DNA of 64,000 bases from the IMG/VR virus record IMGVR_UViG_3300029858_000005; one strand, 5' to 3'. This document shows, piece by piece, positions 6,915 through 15,436 of the stretch. A model generated the notes under the pieces. That model had not been told where the DNA came from. It did no database searches and saw nothing but the letters and a program-made list of their open reading frames with translations. This DNA comes from a virus. The position numbers and the translations under genes were made by a program. Every line of letters begins with the position of its first letter. Position 1 is the stretch's first letter.

Positions 6915-8384
6915 ATGGCAGAAAATACAGAATTGCAGTTGGTACAACAACAAGCCAACAATATTACAAGACAGATTGCAACGCTAAAATCTGATACGGA
7001 AAATGCGGTGCAAGCCAACAGGAAATCTTATGAGGCATGCGTGAATGCAGGTGAGTCTCTGTTGTTTGATATTGGCGTTTCCGGAATGAACGATGCTCTT
7101 GACGAGAGAGCCGCTGAGTTTATCAAGAAAGCTAAACTGACAGAGAAAGCAATGACGGAGAAACGTAAGGGTGTTACCCAAGTGTTCGATATTGTCCGTA
7201 AGGGTTTTACTATGATGGAGAACCTTATCTCTATCAAGAACACCGATTCTGTTGTCTATAAGATTCAGGAGAAACGCAACGAGTATGCGGCATACAAACT
7301 TGAACAGCAGCGTAAGGCTGAGCAGGAACGCCTGCGCCAGGAGCGCATCAAGGAGGCCAAGATCAAGTTGAAGACTGATACAATTGATATCTTGAACAAT
7401 CTTCTTACAGAGCATTCTTCTGCTGCTATCAACTCGCTTAATAATACGTTCTCTCTTCTCACCCTTGATAACAAGGATGAAGTTAAGAAACGTATTACAG
7501 AGTGTTCTGATGTTCTTGACCTCGGACATCTTTTCGTTAATAACAAGCCTTCATACTCTTCCGAAATTGATGAGAATGATGCCAAGGAGATTATGAATGG
7601 AGCCTACAAGGAGGTTTCCGCTTCTCTTCTTGCATCTTATAAGCAGACCGTAAATGCTACGCGTGATGAGCTTCTTATGAAGTTTGATTCTAAGATTGCT
7701 GAACTTCTTGAAATCAAGAAGGCTGAGGAAGAGCGCAAGCGTAAGGAAGAGGAAGCTCGCAAGGCTGAAGAGGAGCGTAAGCGCAAAGAGGAGGAAGCAC
7801 GTAAGGCTGCTGAGGAAGAGCGCAAGAAGCAGGAGGAGATTCAGCGTATCAAGGACGAGGAGGAGCGCAAGCGCAAGGAGGCAGAGCGGAAAGTTGCCGA
7901 GGCTGAACGCAAGGCAAAGGAAGCCGAGCTGAAGGCTGCTGAGGAAGAGTGCAAACGTAAGGAAGCAGAAGCTGCCGCTGCTGAGGCTGAACGCAAGGCA
8001 AAGGAAGAGGCTATCCGTAAGGCTGATGAAGCCGCCAAGGAAGAGCAGCAGAGAAAGCTTGCTGCTGAGCAGGAGAAGCGTGATGCAGAGAATGCAGCCC
8101 AGCACGCTACTGCACAGGCTCAGTCGCTCTTTGCCCAGACTTCCGTTGGAGAAACCGGTAAGCAGAAGATCAAGGTAACAAAACGCCTTGTTGTTACCGA
8201 CAAGAATGCCTGGCTCGACATCATCCAGCAGTGGTGGACGATTGAAGGCTCCAAGATGTCTCCAGACAAGCTTGCTTCCAGATTGGAGTTCATGCGCAAG
8301 GCGTGTGAGAAACACGCAAACAGCGAAGAAGAGTATATCGTTTCTCCTTATATTAGATATGAGGATGAGGTAACGGCTAAGTAA
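6915..8384 (+). CDS. coiled-coil protein with tandem E/K/R-rich repeats
   Basis: The long ORF 6906..8384 has its first ATG at 6915 (MAENTEL). The central segment reads KAEEERKRKEEEARKAEEERKRKEEEARKAAEEERKKQEE. Confidence 0.7.
   Translation: MAENTELQLVQQQANNITRQIATLKSDTENAVQANRKSYEACVNAGESLLFDIGVSGMNDALDERAAEFIKKAKLTEKAMTEKRKGVTQVFDIVRKGFTMMENLISIKNTDSVVYKIQEKRNEYAAYKLEQQRKAEQERLRQERIKEAKIKLKTDTIDILNNLLTEHSSAAINSLNNTFSLLTLDNKDEVKKRITECSDVLDLGHLFVNNKPSYSSEIDENDAKEIMNGAYKEVSASLLASYKQTVNATRDELLMKFDSKIAELLEIKKAEEERKRKEEEARKAEEERKRKEEEARKAAEEERKKQEEIQRIKDEEERKRKEAERKVAEAERKAKEAELKAAEEECKRKEAEAAAAEAERKAKEEAIRKADEAAKEEQQRKLAAEQEKRDAENAAQHATAQAQSLFAQTSVGETGKQKIKVTKRLVVTDKNAWLDIIQQWWTIEGSKMSPDKLASRLEFMRKACEKHANSEEEYIVSPYIRYEDEVTAK
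7717..8040 (+). repeat. in-frame tandem coding repeat (GAGGAAGAGCGCAAGCGTAAGGAAGAGGAAGCTCGCAAGGCT-like units)
   Basis: Repeated AAGGCTGA(A/G)GA(A/G)GAGCG(C/T)AAGCG(T/C)AA(G/A)GA(A/G)GAGGAAGC units are visible in the DNA, along with the corresponding (E/K/R/A) peptide repeat. Confidence 0.6.
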
Positions 8385-8385
8385 T

Positions 8386-9066
8386 ATGGCGGAACAACCG
8401 TTTGACCCTTATTATTCTCGTGGTGAGGTCTCCAATTCGGACCTCACTGCGTTGAAATTTGCCCTGAACCCGCAGCTCAACTTCGTAAAGGAAGAGGATA
8501 AGAGAAAGGCTTTCCATCTCGGAACTCTTGTTGACGCTCTCGTTACCGAACCGGAAAAGTGTAATCATTACGCCATGACGGTCGATGACGAGAAATATAC
8601 GGAGAAGGATTGGAAATGGGGGCTAGATCGGCTTGCTGTTCTGAAGAAACAGGCAACAAAGGATAGGTTCCTTGATTTCGTCCTGAAGAATGCGGTCGGT
8701 CAGAAAACATTCATCAATCCGCACATGAAGATGGAATACCAGGGCTTCGAGTTCGAGCTTCCGGTACGCTGCAAGTTCGACTGGTGGCTCGGCGAGTTCG
8801 GAGGTGATTTGAAGACCACCGCAGCTACGTCACAAGAACAATTTGAAGCTCAGATTGATTTCGTGGACTGGGATAGAAGCCGTGCATGGTATATGGACCT
8901 TACGCACAGTATAGACCCAAGATACGGAAACATGGACTTTATCTTTGCGGTCTCCAAGACCAAGAAGAAAGTATTCTATAAGAAGATTGAACGTGGTGAC
9001 GAGTTGTATTTGCGTGGTAGGGAGAAGGCTCTTGAATGGGCTTTCCGCATGTGGTGTTTATTATAA
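8386..9066 (+). CDS. PD-(D/E)xK-family nuclease (likely exonuclease partner of RecT)
   Basis: HLGTLVDALV...CKFDWWLGEFGGDLKTT is a D...(D/E)xK-like core. It sits directly downstream in the recombination module. Confidence 0.55.
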   Translation: MAEQPFDPYYSRGEVSNSDLTALKFALNPQLNFVKEEDKRKAFHLGTLVDALVTEPEKCNHYAMTVDDEKYTEKDWKWGLDRLAVLKKQATKDRFLDFVLKNAVGQKTFINPHMKMEYQGFEFELPVRCKFDWWLGEFGGDLKTTAATSQEQFEAQIDFVDWDRSRAWYMDLTHSIDPRYGNMDFIFAVSKTKKKVFYKKIERGDELYLRGREKALEWAFRMWCLL

Positions 9067-9075
9067 TTTATTATT

Positions 9076-10476
9076 ATGTCAGATAAACCGGAATTATACG
9101 ATTATCAAGAAGAAGGTGTGCGCATGGAGCTTGCCATGAAGCGCTGTATCAATGGCGATGACATGGGAACCGGTAAGACGGTTCAGTCTATCGTCGCCAT
9201 TGAACGTGCAAAGGCAACTCCTTGCCTTGTTGTTTGCCCTGCTGCACTTAAGGTTAATTGGGAACGAGAGATAAAGAAGTTTACGAACCTCCGGCCTCTC
9301 ATTCTTACCGATTCCGTCAATGCGACATACGGATACCATCTTACTAAGATGAACCTGTATGATGTAGTGATATGCAATTACGAGTCGCTTGCAAAATACT
9401 TCGTCGTAAGCCTCGGTCCGAAACCGTTACGGCTGAAAAACTTCCTGTTTCGTGATGAACTGAAGATTATCAAGTCTGTGATTATCGACGAGTCCGCAAG
9501 AGTCAAGGATCCGTCCACAAGGCAGTCTAAAATCATCATGGGATTGTGCCAGGGTAAGGAGTATATCTATGAGCTTACAGGTACGCCCGTTGTAAATCAC
9601 GCAACAGACCTGGCCTGCCAGCTTGCTATCCTCGGTCGCCTGAACGACGAGTTCGGAGGTTTTGGTGAGTTCTGCAACAGGTACGGTGAGAACGAGAATC
9701 TTGAAGAGCTTAACCGGAAGATACACGAAACGTGCTACTTCCGCAGAGAAAAGAAAGATGTTCTTAAGGATTTGCCGGATCTGACCAGAACGACCATCAG
9801 TGTCGCCCTCGACCCTGAAACGCAGGAAGAGTACGATACCTGTCAGAAAGACCTGCTCACGTTCCTTCTCGAATACAAGAGCTGCTCCGAGGAAGAGGCT
9901 AGGAAAAAGCTTAGAATGAAGGCTCTTGTCAGGTTTATGAACCTTCGCTCGATATCTGGGCGAGGGAAGATGAAGGCGACTATAGAGTTTCTCCATGATA
10001 CCGAAGAACAGATAATCGTATTTGCCGAGCATCGTGATGTCGTTAGTGCAATCAAGAAAGAGTTCCCGGATGAGGTTTGCACCGTAACCGGTTCCGATAG
10101 CCAGCAGCAGAAGCAGTGGGCTATCGATTCTTTTCAGGCTAGGAAAAAGAGAATCATCATCTGCTCCATCAAAGCAGCAGGCGTAGGCCTTACGCTTACG
10201 GCTTCTTCCAATGTTGTGTTCGTCGAGCTCCCATGGACGATGGCAGACTTGTCGCAGTGTGAATGCCGTGCCTATCGTAACGGTCAGAAGAATGCGGTTA
10301 CATCGTGGATTCTCATGGGTGCAAATACCATCGACGGCTATCTTTATAGCTTGATTATGCAGAAAGGCTCAATAGCATCAAAGGTTACAGGCGAACAGGA
10401 CTCCGCTATCAAGGATGCAGCCTACTTTGATGAGTTGGCAGATTTGGTTTTACAAAATTCTTTAAATAAAAAATAA
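9076..10476 (+). CDS. SNF2-family (DEAD/H-like) helicase
   Basis: Motif I GDDMGTGKT, motif II IIDESARVKD, and a helicase-C region with SIKAAGVGLTLT...QCECRAYRNGQ. Confidence 0.85.
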   Translation: MSDKPELYDYQEEGVRMELAMKRCINGDDMGTGKTVQSIVAIERAKATPCLVVCPAALKVNWEREIKKFTNLRPLILTDSVNATYGYHLTKMNLYDVVICNYESLAKYFVVSLGPKPLRLKNFLFRDELKIIKSVIIDESARVKDPSTRQSKIIMGLCQGKEYIYELTGTPVVNHATDLACQLAILGRLNDEFGGFGEFCNRYGENENLEELNRKIHETCYFRREKKDVLKDLPDLTRTTISVALDPETQEEYDTCQKDLLTFLLEYKSCSEEEARKKLRMKALVRFMNLRSISGRGKMKATIEFLHDTEEQIIVFAEHRDVVSAIKKEFPDEVCTVTGSDSQQQKQWAIDSFQARKKRIIICSIKAAGVGLTLTASSNVVFVELPWTMADLSQCECRAYRNGQKNAVTSWILMGANTIDGYLYSLIMQKGSIASKVTGEQDSAIKDAAYFDELADLVLQNSLNKK

Positions 10477-10892
10477 TGGAAATTCAAGGAAAAGTTATTG
10501 CCGTTTTACCTGAAAGAAGCGGCGTCTCTGCAAGAGGTGAGTGGAAGTCTCAGACTTATGTAATAGAAACACAAGAGCAATATCCTAAGAAGATGGCCTT
10601 TGATGTTTTCGGAGCAGACCGTCTGGCTCAGTTCAACATTCAGAGTGGTGAGGTTATTAACGTTAGCTTTGATATTGATGCACATGAATATCAGGGCAGA
10701 TATTTTAATCAGATTCGTGCCTGGAATGTTACTAAGGTGTCACAACAAGCAGCACAACAAGCTATGGCAAGTCCTGCTAATGCTGCTGGCGTGGCGAACC
10801 CGACGAATCAGCAAAATCTGTTTCCACCTGAACAGCAGTCTGCACAGCAGCAAACACAGCAACGAGGGAACTCTGATGACCTTCCCTTCTAG
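10476..10892 (+). CDS. DUF3127 OB-fold protein, SSB-like, with SSB-type acidic C-terminal tip
   Basis: The N-terminal ~85 aa (MEIQGKVIAVLPERSGVSARGEWKSQTYVIE...) match DUF3127. A Q/A-rich linker follows, and the protein ends ...SDDLPF, like the bacterial SSB tip DDDIPF. Confidence 0.65.
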   Translation: MEIQGKVIAVLPERSGVSARGEWKSQTYVIETQEQYPKKMAFDVFGADRLAQFNIQSGEVINVSFDIDAHEYQGRYFNQIRAWNVTKVSQQAAQQAMASPANAAGVANPTNQQNLFPPEQQSAQQQTQQRGNSDDLPF

Positions 10893-10924
10893 TGTAGAAT
10901 TAATCAAACGAGCATTCAACGCTT

Positions 10925-11365
10925 ATGTGGTTCAACCTGAAAAATGTGTTTGAACTTGAAACGTTTAGGAAAAAAGTAGCCGAGTTGGAGAACAAAGGCG
11001 CGATGGTAGAGCTGAAAGAAAAACGTGGACGTTCTTTGAAGCAGAATGCCTATCTTCATTTGCTCCTATCTGCATTCGGTCTCCAATACGGCTACACTCT
11101 AGACGAAGTTAAGACGCATTTCTATAAGCTGGTAGTGAACAAAGATATATTCCTCAGAGAAGGAATTGATAAATTCACAGGAGAATGCTATAAGTATCTC
11201 CGTTCTTCTGCTGACCTTACGAAAGACGAAATGAGCAAATCAATTTCTGATTTCAAATCGTGGGCAAAAGAGGAAGCTGGATTTGATTTTCCTGATTCTG
11301 ATGAATATATCGCACTACTTCATATTCAACATGATATAGAAAGACAACAAAATTACATACAATAG
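10925..11365 (+). CDS. NinB/Orf-like recombination mediator (tentative)
   Basis: ELKEKRGRSLKQNAYLHLLLSAFG resembles the lambda NinB core ...ERNRSLDQNRKLWACL... Confidence 0.45.
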   Translation: MWFNLKNVFELETFRKKVAELENKGAMVELKEKRGRSLKQNAYLHLLLSAFGLQYGYTLDEVKTHFYKLVVNKDIFLREGIDKFTGECYKYLRSSADLTKDEMSKSISDFKSWAKEEAGFDFPDSDEYIALLHIQHDIERQQNYIQ

Positions 11366-11368
11366 CTT

Positions 11369-11776
11369 ATGATGTTACCAATTAATATACGTCAGAAGTC
11401 AGGCGAGCTATTCCCGAATGACTTGGAAAAGCAGAAAATCTTTTGCATGGGTGCAGCGTTCTCGTTAGGCAAAGATTTATCAGACTTTGAGGAAGAAGGG
11501 CAGCAGGATGAGATTTACCCTTGCCAGGAAGCTCTCGATATGTGGCTTGCATACAAGAAAGAGAAACGTCAGAAGTATCAACCTCGTGGTCTTGCGGCTC
11601 TTAAAAAGAAGCTTTTAAAGATGTCGAGCGGAAACCCCGAATACGCAAAGGTTATCGTTGAGCATTCTATGGGAAACAACTATTCCGGGTTGTACGCTCC
11701 TAAAAACAATGGTGTAAATAGTTATGAACAACAGCAACGAACTTTCAATAAAATTAGTTCAATCCTTGCCGACTGA
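11369..11776 (+). CDS. hypothetical protein
   Basis: 135-aa ORF that starts 4 nt after the previous stop. Confidence 0.55.
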   Translation: MMLPINIRQKSGELFPNDLEKQKIFCMGAAFSLGKDLSDFEEEGQQDEIYPCQEALDMWLAYKKEKRQKYQPRGLAALKKKLLKMSSGNPEYAKVIVEHSMGNNYSGLYAPKNNGVNSYEQQQRTFNKISSILAD

Positions 11777-12389
11777 ATGTAAACAAGCGGTGGAAAAATA
11801 CGGCGGACAATATGCGCTATTCCTGGACAAATATCCTACCCTGCAAAATCGAACAGATACAATTACATCTGTATATGATTCTGTAGCTAGAGGTGGTATG
11901 TCGTTTGTTAGTATTGATAAGTACTTCAAAGATGGTGCAAGCGAGTTTTGGATTAAAATAATGCTCATTGACTTGTTTATGGTTATTGGTGCTATTGATT
12001 CGACTACTCCTTACCAGTTCAAGGCGATCGCTCAACGTATCAGACAAGAATACTGCCATGTCACACCTAGCGAGCTCACAAGGTTCTTCTACGAGTTCTC
12101 GATGGGCGAGTATGGAGAAATCTATGTCGGTAAGACAGTAAATCCTCAGCGACTATTTATAGCTCTCGACAAGTATATGTGCAAGGTATACGAAAAGAGA
12201 GCAGAAATTGACAGCCAGAGAAACCTCGATAAGCAGAAGATAGAGGATGAGAAGGCTAGGATGAACGCTATATCATACGAAGAGTATTGCTTAAGGAAAG
12301 GTGTGGATCCGAAAGAATCCCCTCTTGAAAAGCTAAAACAAAAACTTGAAAAAGAATCAAAACGAGACCAAAATGGCAGACGTAAGTAA
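11724..12389 (+). CDS. hypothetical protein
   Basis: 221-aa ORF. The start is uncertain because it overlaps the upstream gene by 53 nt. Confidence 0.6.
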   Translation: MNNSNELSIKLVQSLPTECKQAVEKYGGQYALFLDKYPTLQNRTDTITSVYDSVARGGMSFVSIDKYFKDGASEFWIKIMLIDLFMVIGAIDSTTPYQFKAIAQRIRQEYCHVTPSELTRFFYEFSMGEYGEIYVGKTVNPQRLFIALDKYMCKVYEKRAEIDSQRNLDKQKIEDEKARMNAISYEEYCLRKGVDPKESPLEKLKQKLEKESKRDQNGRRK

Positions 12390-12390
12390 A

Positions 12391-12495
12391 ATGGCAGAGG
12401 AATGGCTCAGTGAGCACCCTGATGCGACAAAGAAAGAAATATGGATGGCCGGTTATTGGCAATCTACCGATAACTGGTGCAACCGAACCAAGTAA
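12391..12495 (+). CDS. possible 34-aa ORF
   Basis: ATG at 12391 and stop at 12493-12495 (MAEEWLSEHPDATKKEIWMAGYWQSTDNWCNRTK). It fills the gap between neighbouring genes. Confidence 0.3.
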   Translation: MAEEWLSEHPDATKKEIWMAGYWQSTDNWCNRTK

Positions 12496-12506
12496 ATTTT
12501 AGAATT

Positions 12507-12794
12507 ATGACACAGAAAGAACGTATTGATAACGCTACCACAAAGCAAGCGGTAGTGTTCATTTGTATCTACTCCTGGGTTATTGTGAGAAACCTAGGAA
12601 GAGCAATAAACAAGGCAGTTCACAAGCTGCCCTGGTTGTTCATCGTGATAACGGTAGTAATATCATTCATTGTTAGCTTCGTTCTTATCTCTAAGGCAAG
12701 GGCAGAGCGAGATAACTACAATCAAAAACTAGTTCACGCAACGCAGCAGCTTGATAGCTATATGGCTGCATACGGAAACATTAAATCAAAGTAA
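12507..12794 (+). CDS. small membrane protein
   Basis: Internal ATG of ORF 12477..12794, preceded by the AACCAAGTAAATTTTAGAATT-ATG start motif also used in the 61.5-64 kb array. One clear TM segment (LPWLFIVITVVISFIVSFVLI). Confidence 0.6.
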   Translation: MTQKERIDNATTKQAVVFICIYSWVIVRNLGRAINKAVHKLPWLFIVITVVISFIVSFVLISKARAERDNYNQKLVHATQQLDSYMAAYGNIKSK

Positions 12795-12796
12795 AT

Positions 12797-12955
12797 ATGA
12801 AGAGATACAAACATACAATAGTGATGATCCTGCTTATCATCGCAGCAATTATCGCAGGTTACGGGTTCATCTGCTTCATGGTTGAACATATTTTCCTTTC
12901 GCTCCTGATGCTATTCTGTATCAGCTGCGCATTGGCAGTAAAGAAGGAGGTGTAG
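12797..12955 (+). CDS. possible 52-aa double-TM peptide
   Basis: ATG 12797 to TAG 12953-12955 (MKRYKHTIVMILLIIAAIIAGYGFICFMVEHIFLSLLMLFCISCALAVKKEV). It fills the gap before 12958. Confidence 0.4.
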   Translation: MKRYKHTIVMILLIIAAIIAGYGFICFMVEHIFLSLLMLFCISCALAVKKEV

Positions 12956-12957
12956 GA

Positions 12958-13845
12958 ATGTCGGCATATAATTTCACACCAAAAGGAGCATTCTTCATCA
13001 ACTACAAGGAGCCTGACAGGGAAACAGTAGACCATATCACTTCGCTCTATTACCTCATTATCGGTTCTCTCGCTACAATCACACAGACGGCAATCAAAGA
13101 CTTACACGACAATCTCAGTGAGAGGAAAGACCTGTTTAAGCATGAGCTTAAGTATCGCATAAAGGAGGCATTCTCCCGTTCTGAGGCTCTTATCGGTATA
13201 TTCAAGAAGTATACTGCCGAGATTTCGCAGTATGAACTCTGGCTTGATATTACGGACAGCATGGAGGAAGACCTGAAGATTGACATACAGAGACTCTTCT
13301 ACACGACCGACAACATACTCCTGAAGAACAATATCAAGGAACACAAGCTTCAGGCGTATGCATGCGTAGCCTATAACCTGTCAATCATGCTGCACGATAT
13401 GTGTACGAAGTTTGATGACGTTATGAGTGAACGTGGCATCAGTTCAGGCAGCATAAGACCTTGCGGAGAATTCATACAGTCTATGTATGGTATGTATGCA
13501 TCGATGAGAGAGGTTGCCAGGATCCTCATACCGGACAAGGATGCTGAATACTTCAAGGAAGGCGGTCAGATTTACAGGGCTTTGCAGGTGGTTGCAATGA
13601 AGGTATGCAACCCGGAAAGGATTGACAACGCCGCCGACGAAGGACTGAAGCTTAATGGCGTTGACTACCATGGTGAAGAACACCAGAATAACGCATTCCT
13701 CCCTTGGAACGGCATCCAGGTTAACTTCCTGTCACGCAACTTCGATAAAATGTCTGATGAAGAACTTGCAAAGACTCTAGGACGATCTGTTGGTGCAGTA
13801 AAGGCAAAAATGAGACAACTTAAACTAAAACGCAATAACGATTAG
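12958..13845 (+). CDS. hypothetical protein with C-terminal HTH resembling sigma-70 region 4
   Basis: 295 aa. The C-terminus MSDEELAKTLGRSVGAVKAKMRQLKLKR is a typical region-4/LuxR-like HTH. AGGAGG lies upstream of the ATG. Confidence 0.6.
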   Translation: MSAYNFTPKGAFFINYKEPDRETVDHITSLYYLIIGSLATITQTAIKDLHDNLSERKDLFKHELKYRIKEAFSRSEALIGIFKKYTAEISQYELWLDITDSMEEDLKIDIQRLFYTTDNILLKNNIKEHKLQAYACVAYNLSIMLHDMCTKFDDVMSERGISSGSIRPCGEFIQSMYGMYASMREVARILIPDKDAEYFKEGGQIYRALQVVAMKVCNPERIDNAADEGLKLNGVDYHGEEHQNNAFLPWNGIQVNFLSRNFDKMSDEELAKTLGRSVGAVKAKMRQLKLKRNND

Positions 13846-13856
13846 AAGGTGTAATT

Positions 13857-14042
13857 ATGGAAGATTTACCTATAGGGGCAGAAATCGTCTTGAAGGTGGT
13901 TAAGACAGAGAAAGAACAATGTAATGGCTGTTTTTTCGATGAGATATGTAACAATATCTATGAGAATGTTTGCGGAGATTTTGACTGTAGCGCAAGCACT
14001 AGAAAAGACGGAAAGGCTGTTCAATTTAAAAGAGTGAAGTAG
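13857..14042 (+). CDS. Cys-rich mini-protein (paralog of 14286..14468)
   Basis: It shares the pattern (I/V)xLxVxxTxKExCxGCFFD...C...C(S)...R.D.K.V.FK.V with the 60-aa ORF at 14286. Confidence 0.55.
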   Translation: MEDLPIGAEIVLKVVKTEKEQCNGCFFDEICNNIYENVCGDFDCSASTRKDGKAVQFKRVK

Positions 14043-14074
14043 TGTTTACTTGATTCTATTAACTTTGTTTTATT

Positions 14075-14284
14075 ATGGAGAAAATAGTTTTGAAAGCAGG
14101 AGACCAATTCTATCAAAAATGGAGTGGACTTCAAAAACCAATGAAGTTTGATGTACTGTCTATACATGGTAACCTGATAGATATAGAATGCCACGCTTAC
14201 AATGGTAAGCATTTTACGGAAACATGGACTTTAGAGAGTACCATAAAAGGAATTGAATTAGGTGTTTATATTTTAATTAAGTAA
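14075..14284 (+). CDS. hypothetical protein
   Basis: 69-aa ORF between the two paralogs; the next gene starts 2 nt after its stop. Confidence 0.45.
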   Translation: MEKIVLKAGDQFYQKWSGLQKPMKFDVLSIHGNLIDIECHAYNGKHFTETWTLESTIKGIELGVYILIK

Positions 14285-14285
14285 T

Positions 14286-14468
14286 ATGAAAGAGTTTAAA
14301 GTTGGAGAAAAAGTAACTCTTGAAGTTACCGAGACTGATAAAGAATCTTGCAAAGGGTGCTTCTTTGATAGTAAGATGTTTTATTGCGAAGCATGGCGCA
14401 AATACCCTTGTAGCATCAAAATACGTTCAGACCATAAAAGTGTAATCTTTAAAGAAGTTGAGGAGTAA
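14286..14468 (+). CDS. Cys-rich mini-protein (paralog of 13857..14042)
   Basis: See 13857..14042; KESCKGCFFDSKMFYCEAWRKYPCSIKIRSDHKSVIFKEV. Confidence 0.55.
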   Translation: MKEFKVGEKVTLEVTETDKESCKGCFFDSKMFYCEAWRKYPCSIKIRSDHKSVIFKEVEE

Positions 14469-14472
14469 AGCT

Positions 14473-14703
14473 ATGAATGGATTATTATCAATGATTGGTA
14501 TGCAAACTGAATTGGAATATCAAATGAGTGATTTTCCTTTTGGTTCTCCACGTATTAGATTTAATGTACCGAAAGGTAAAATTCCATCCGACAAACAGAA
14601 GTGTCAGCCAAAGGCGCAGCATGAGTTCACCATCAAAGGTGTTAAGATCATGGCAGCTTCTAAGAAGGATGCTATCAAAAAGTATAATCATCGTAAAAAG
14701 TAA
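14473..14703 (+). CDS. hypothetical basic protein
   Basis: First ATG of ORF 14458..14703. It ends in the AAAAAGTAAAGCGTATG junction element. Confidence 0.45.
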   Translation: MNGLLSMIGMQTELEYQMSDFPFGSPRIRFNVPKGKIPSDKQKCQPKAQHEFTIKGVKIMAASKKDAIKKYNHRKK

Positions 14704-14708
14704 AGCGT

Positions 14709-14984
14709 ATGGAATTAATTATCAAACCTTTTCATTCATTACCTTGTCGTTTGGAGGTGTTTACAATTAATGGAAAGGGTGCAGACCAAGACGACTTTGG
14801 AGACATGCATGACCATGATGCTGAAAGCGCAGAGCCTTATGCGTGCGCAGATATGCACTTTGACCCAAAGCCTCCAACAAAGGAAGTGTTAGATGAATAC
14901 AATTTAACAGAAGGAGAATATTATAACATCTGCAACGAATTGGAATGCAAACTATGCGTAGGTAGTTGCGGATGGTGTGTTTAA
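14709..14984 (+). CDS. hypothetical acidic Cys-containing protein
   Basis: 91-aa ORF whose start lies inside the junction element. Confidence 0.5.
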   Translation: MELIIKPFHSLPCRLEVFTINGKGADQDDFGDMHDHDAESAEPYACADMHFDPKPPTKEVLDEYNLTEGEYYNICNELECKLCVGSCGWCV

Positions 14985-15008
14985 CTATTTATCCAAAAAG
15001 TAAAGCGT

Positions 15009-15161
15009 ATGTATTTTGAATATAGAATCGTAAAGATTGAGAAGGGTCTTTTTCTCATCGAGTATAAGACCGCTCCTTATGGAGTTTGGCATGAAGTAAA
15101 AAACAAACAGTTCAAGACTAAGCCAAAGGCAGAAGCTTGGGCTAGAAAGAACTTAGTTTAA
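15009..15161 (+). CDS. possible 50-aa ORF
   Basis: The ATG lies inside the second copy of AAAAAGTAAAGCGTATG (MYFEYRIVKIEKGLFLIEYKTAPYGVWHEVKNKQFKTKPKAEAWARKNLV). It is too short for the ORF track. Confidence 0.4.
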   Translation: MYFEYRIVKIEKGLFLIEYKTAPYGVWHEVKNKQFKTKPKAEAWARKNLV

Positions 15162-15174
15162 TGAAGTAAAGCGT

Positions 15175-15405
15175 ATGGAATATGAAGATTATAAAAGAGC
15201 AAAACAGTTGCAAGAAGAAACACTCCCAGCTTTTGAAAGATTAAAAGAAGCTGTTTCTGTTGGCACGCTTGACAAGAAAGCAATAAAAGAAATTGGAGAT
15301 TCTTTTGCAAACGCTATGTTTTATGAAAATGATTTTGCAGATTCTCTTGAAGAATTTATTGATGGGTGGGCTGTAAAATTTAAAGAGGAATTTAATAAAT
15401 TGTAG
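15175..15405 (+). CDS. hypothetical protein
   Basis: 76-aa ORF whose start lies inside the third copy of the junction element. Confidence 0.5.
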   Translation: MEYEDYKRAKQLQEETLPAFERLKEAVSVGTLDKKAIKEIGDSFANAMFYENDFADSLEEFIDGWAVKFKEEFNKL

Positions 15406-15436
15406 GTTAACAGCCTTCGGACATAAATTTAAAAAT

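Noticed and set aside
7551-8315. 254-aa minus-strand ORF and other ORFs across the E/K repeat (7637..8038)
   Set aside because: These are the reverse and alternative frames of a purine-rich coding repeat. Such repeats lack stops in several frames. Only the + strand 6915..8384 frame gives a coherent protein continuous with non-repeat flanks.
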